A stretch of DNA of 64,000 nt from the NCBI RefSeq assembly GCF_009914755.1, contig NC_060931.1. One strand, given 5' to 3'. This document shows positions 58,404-64,000 of this stretch, one piece after another. The notes beneath the pieces are model-generated. The model had not been told where the DNA came from and searched no databases. It was given only the letters and a program-made list of their open reading frames with translations. Both the position numbers and the translations under genes were made by a program. Origin of the DNA: the human T2T-CHM13v2.0 reference genome, Homo sapiens. The first letter of the stretch is position 1, and every line of letters begins with the position of its first letter.

Positions 58404-60269
58404 TTAATGTCAACCAACATAAATTTAGGTAAAAAATCAAGGATGGGAGAGGGAGTGAATACACACTTCTGGGGAAAGCACAGCAGAGTTTTCAGTTTCT
58501 CTTCCCTTCAAGGGAAGAAACCTTTTTCTGCATACAATACAATCTTAGGTCACACGATATACATTTTTCCTCAGATACTAGGCATTGGCAGATTGCTGAA
58601 GATGCAATACCTATTTATTCATTATCTATTTTAATTACTTCATTCTCTCTATTTTCACTGGGAATAAAGACTAGGAAAGTAAACTAGGCAAACAAAATTC
58701 ACTTTTAATATTCTTTAAATATTACTAATAGAGTAAAATATTAGTTCATGGGGAATATAAACTCAATTTTCCACCTATTCTTCAAACCTATATAAGCCTT
58801 CAAAAAGCAACTAAGAAATTATATATATAAATATGTTTTTGTATATATTCATGTGTATATATGTGTTATATACACACACACCCACACACACATGTTCTAT
58901 ACAGTGTGTATTTAACTTAATGAAAAGTTAAAAACCAACCACCTAAATTAAAGTAAAAGTTCTTTAAAGTCTGTCATTCGTTAGGGAAAAGAAATGATGG
59001 ACAACCTTGTTCAGTGGATTTGAATTAGGTACAATCACACCACTGATGAACACAGAACTGGCGGAGAAGAGGCATATAAAATGCACAAGCTTGGACATTA
59101 GCAGATCCTCACTCTCTGACTCTGTACACGCTATGACCGTCCTGCTTAGGGAAGACTTTCTGTCATGTAAGGATAATCAGTATTGCTTCCTCACTGTGTC
59201 TGGAACATTAAGAATGCATTCCCCCTAAATGGTAGATACTATCATAACTATTATATCATGTCTCTTAGCTTGACTGGGGACCCCTACCAGATCCCCTCTA
59301 TCCCGACTGGACATTTCAATGCTTATGTCCTGAAGTTTCTGCTCACTTAGGCTTTGGGCAAAGAGCTAGACCCAGTGCATCCTAGGAAAACTCCTCTCTT
59401 CTATCACAAAGGGTGTAGACAGCTCTTTGCTTGCTACATCTGGTGTCCAGTGATAGATACATTTTTTTGGGTTTCCTGAATGCGATCTTAGATGCAGGAC
59501 GCTGAATTAGAGTTGAAAATGGGGGCAGGAAAAGCGTCACAGTGAAGTTGAGACATCCTTAGGCTGATTCCAGCAGAATTGAAAGAATAAGCCAGAATAA
59601 AGTGTGCGTTTCAATTAGCAAATTTACACCATCAGTGAAACACAATCTTATGGGGTGCAGTGAGGAACTACAATAAATGCAGTATTGGGGAGCCTGGAGA
59701 AAAAGAGAAAGTAGGCCAAAGCAACTGAAGTTGGAGAGGTAAGCAGAGGTTTGATTACTTACGTCCTTGTACAAATTTGAAGAAGCTCTGACTACTCTGT
59801 AATTCTTACTATTTGGTGTTTTGTTTCCTCATTTGATAACCAAGCTATTTTTGAGCTAAGGGGAGGGTCTCCATGCAGGGTAACATATTTTCTCAAAGCG
59901 AAATATTACTTTTTTTTGTTGCAAATAAGGCACATATAATGGGAAATATTGGAGGTCAAAGCAAAGTTTGTATTATCCATTGAGAAAAGGCACTTGACTC
60001 ATTTTTTTTAATTAAAATGTTTAAAATTTCTATCTCATTTTCAAATGTGTGACAAGCAATCTGCACTGAAGGTTTACAGATCTCAGATGCATCTCTGAGC
60101 TGGGGGAATAGCCCATAGAATGATAAAGTGCCAAGTTTTTTCTATAAGGGAGTAAATTATCTTCTGATAATTGGGCTAATTGCCTAAAGTTAATTATTTT
60201 CTCCCTTGTCCTATGGTCATTCAAGTATTAATCAAAGTTGTAAGTAAATCATAATATAGAATATTAGCT

Positions 60270-60557
60270 GGCTGCTTGGTGGCTCACACCTGTAATCCCA
60301 GCACTTTGGGAGACCAAGGCTGGAGGATTACCTGAGGTCAGGAGTTTGAGACCAGCCTGACCAATGTGGCGAAACCCCGTGTCTACAAAAAATACAAAAA
60401 TTAGCCCGGCGTGGTGGCGGGTGCCTGTAATTCCAGTTACTTAGGAGGCTGAGACAGGAGAAAGGCTTGAACCCTGAGGCGGAGGTTGCAGTGAGCCAAG
60501 ATAATGCCACCTCACTCCAGCCTGGGTGGCAGCAAGACTCTGTTTCAAAAAAAAAAA
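60270..60557 (+). mobile_element. AluS element
   Basis: Dimer. TSD agaatattagct. Confidence 0.94.
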
Positions 60558-60883
60558 AGAATATTAGCTAATAGAATGCTTTGTTTATTATTTTATTTCT
60601 CCTGGAATTGGATTTTATGTGCCTGGACACTGTATGACCTCTTGCTTCACATTGTGAAGATATAAACGTGCTTTTAGATGTTATTCTTGCTGGCTGAGTT
60701 CAGCTAGCACCATCGTTCTTTGTGGTTCTTGTTGAGGGAAGTGCTCACTGCAGAGTGTTATCAGCATAGACTCTCATTGACTGCACTCAAAACAGGGAAC
60801 TTAGTCGTCGCGGTCATTTGTCCCTGTTTCTGTGTTCACATCCCTCTTCACTTTCCACTTCAGAATAGTTTCCTAATATTTCT

Positions 60884-61217
<334 letters not shown>

Positions 61218-62162
61218 TGAGTCTTTAAATGTTGTATTATCTTTTCAATTAGTCATTTGAAAACATGAGTATTCCGAATGAAAATAATGAGACTATTTTT
61301 GTCACTAATAAAGTTACAAAACATATTGAAATATGGATGATGATACAGCATTCTGCCTAGCATATTCTTTTGAAATGTCTTAATAAAATATAAGTAGAAA
61401 TATCAGTTCACTAAATGAGACAACAGAGTAATTCATGTGGTATAATAAGGCTTTAATACACTAATTACATAGTTTGCTCTTTAGTATAATATGCTACTTT
61501 TCATATTTAGATGGGTAATATTTTCTGTGAACACTAGATTCATTAATAATTATAAATTGCTGTAGCTTAGGATAACAAAAGGTCTTTGGCTCCAAAATAA
61601 TACTCTAATTGTCAGTGTGATTATTTCATTTGCAGTGATTAATGATGTTGGCATTTGGTTCATAATATAATTGTATTACTTTGTATTTCTACAGCATTCT
61701 TTTTCTAAGAACTTAAAAGCACTTCTCTTTTCTTATACCATCGAGAAGTAGTGTAGTGTACAAGTACTGTATAATAATTTTAGTTTTATAATGGTAAAGT
61801 CACTAGCTATTTTTATAATATTTATTATTTTAAATAATTCAAAATACAAAAGTAACACTTTTATATTTTTTAGCCCAAACCAAATAATTCAGAACTTTTT
61901 GTATGTTGACAGTTGATTTTGTAATGCCTCCACTTATATTTAAGTAACTGTATTTGTTCTACTTATGTGTGAACTTTATTACATTGCAAACTGAAATTAT
62001 TCTTTTAATGAAGAATACTAATATTTGTCCTAGGAAGCTTAGAGATAAAATTCTAGCTATTTTATATCAAGTCTATGTAATACATTTCTGCATTAAATAC
62101 ACACCTGGCATTTAGTGAATTTTTATAATTTTAAGTTGCCTCAGCATTCATTTTGAATATAA

Positions 62163-62660
62163 ATGACTCTCACACGAGAAGCAGGGCTCAGTCACCCTTG
62201 ACACAGTTTCTAATTCGACATTGCCGTGCCCCTAGGTCCTCAGTGGGGTTGATGCAGCTGTCTGCCTTATACAACTGCCCTCTGGTGACCACCATCCTAT
62301 GGGAGATGCAGCCTGCTTAACTCGCCCACCGACCCTCACACCCGACATGGCCTGTAGAGATATGACACAGTGACTGCCTCTCCATCATGGGGTGACCTCC
62401 TAAACTTAAGCCTGTGTGCTTGAAACCCACCAATTAAAATCCCTGTGGGAAACCTTCTTGGATACAGCCCTAGATCCAATAAGGACCTTGGCTCACTGGT
62501 CCCTTTCTCTTTCTCTCTGTCTGCACTCCTTAATCTCCATGTGTGTGGTTTCCAGATATGCCAGGTACCCCCAGACCTGAAAGTCTTGGAAGTCATAAAG
62601 TATTTATTTACATTTTGTGCCTTTCCTAAGATCCTAAATTAAACATGGCAAAATTCTATA
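62163..62660 (+). mobile_element. MER54/MER73-like ERVL LTR
   Basis: agcagggctcagtcacccttgacacagtttc..aaacccaccaattaaaatccctgtgggaaacc. Confidence 0.65.
62273..62290 (-). promoter_or_regulatory. Candidate CTCF motif inside an LTR
   Basis: Reverse complement ggtcaccagagggcagtt is a close match to the CTCF core. Confidence 0.45.
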
Positions 62661-63890
62661 TTCATAGTTAAAAAACAAGCAAATGACTATTTCTTTGTCA
62701 ATACTGTGATTTTACATTCACAATACATCATATAAACAAGCACAACTAATCTTTTACAAATGTTGAATGTGTAACATATAAATTAAAAAATAAACACATT
62801 TTTCAGAACCATTTCCAGATGTGTTAGCAGCAAAATAAAGAAAAAAATAATTCCTAGCTACCTACAAATGAATGAAGCTATTTGATAGAAGAGTAATGAT
62901 ATAACAGTAGCCATTAGAACTAAAAGAAAGGCATCCAATGGTATATACAACATGTAAAAGTGTTACCAGAGAGAATTGTATTAGTTAAGCCAAGAATATG
63001 GTTGGAGATTCCTGGATACTGGCATAATAGGTAGTCAATCAATATGAAGTGAATTCATTGACTGAAAATTGTTGAAGAGTAGGGAGACTTTACTTACAGA
63101 CTACAAAAGATCCAGAAGAGATATTTAAAAGGATTGTCAGAATGAGCAGCAGGAAACTAAAATTCAAGTAGAATTATGGGAAGGGATGGAAGAGAATGCA
63201 TTTCAGACATTAAGAGTGACAGATATAGAAGTGTGAGGAAGTGTTTTGAATGCATCTCTGCCCAGCAATTTACATAATCTTTTTCAGTTTTTCCCACCTT
63301 CAAGCATCAAAAGAACAAAGAATGGATATTTATTGATGTTTTCTGGAAAAGGAACACACAAAATTTATCAATAGTAGCATTAATGTTTTCTTATCTCATT
63401 TCTCACTCCTGATGCCAAAGTAGGTTGCTATTATAATCCGGTCAGTTTTTGGAAGATGAACTTTGGTGGTGAAATTATGTGCTGTTAGTTCTAGATCTTG
63501 GAATGTAACTTTTCTGCTTCTGGCCCTGAGTTGTATTGCCTGGCTTATGAGATGAGGTAAGCTGAGTGTCCATATGATCAACATGAAAGGCTAGGTGTGT
63601 GTAGTGGCAGACCTGCCATCTGTGCCTTCCACTCCCAACTCCAGGCCATATTCATGGAGCAAAGCTAAACTCTCACAAGCACTTCCACCCCATGTGTCTT
63701 AACCCCAAATAACTTTGAGATGGGCCCACAGAGAACATGGTGTCAGGGGTTACAGGAGGTAGAGAGAGGAATAAGGTGTTCGTCTTTAGTTGACTTGCCT
63801 ACATTATTATTTATCTGGGAACATTCTAATAGGTAATAAAAAACTATCTCTGGAATATTGCACAATTTAAAATTATATTTTGCTAATTTC

Positions 63891-64000
63891 TTTTTTTTTG
63901 AGACAGAGTTTCACTCTTGTTTCCCAGGCTAGAGTGCAATGGCATGATCTCAGCTCAACACAACCTCTGCCTCCCGAGTTCAAGCAATTCTCCTGCCTCA
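63891..64000 (-). mobile_element. AluS(p/q-like) 3' end, cut by the window edge
   Basis: gagtttcactcttgtt..tgcaatggc. Confidence 0.9.

Overview
This is primate, most likely human, non-coding genomic DNA. It is dominated by transposable-element relics: about 22 Alus, young and old L1s, L2/MIR fragments, many ERV1/MaLR solo LTRs and several DNA-transposon fossils. I find no supportable protein-coding gene, RNA gene or CRISPR-like system. The ORF-track entries are Alu, L1 ORF2, LTR or simple-repeat read-throughs. I do not see a new biological system. The best second-look items are structural or regulatory: (i) a dense cluster at 15.2-16.1 kb with a CTCF-like motif, a 33-bp palindromic minisatellite and a ~140-bp twin-primed L1 with a perfect 26-bp junction palindrome; (ii) two deeply nested LTR stacks at 45.2-51.4 kb; (iii) a rearranged MER52 locus with an orphan fragment 2 kb away; (iv) a triplicated TCF/SOX-motif unit at 18.25-18.5 kb; (v) a convergent CTCF-like motif pair at 15.2 kb and 62.3 kb; (vi) several isolated near-perfect hairpins. 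Repeat family names come from my recollection of consensus sequences, not from a search, so subfamily calls are tentative.
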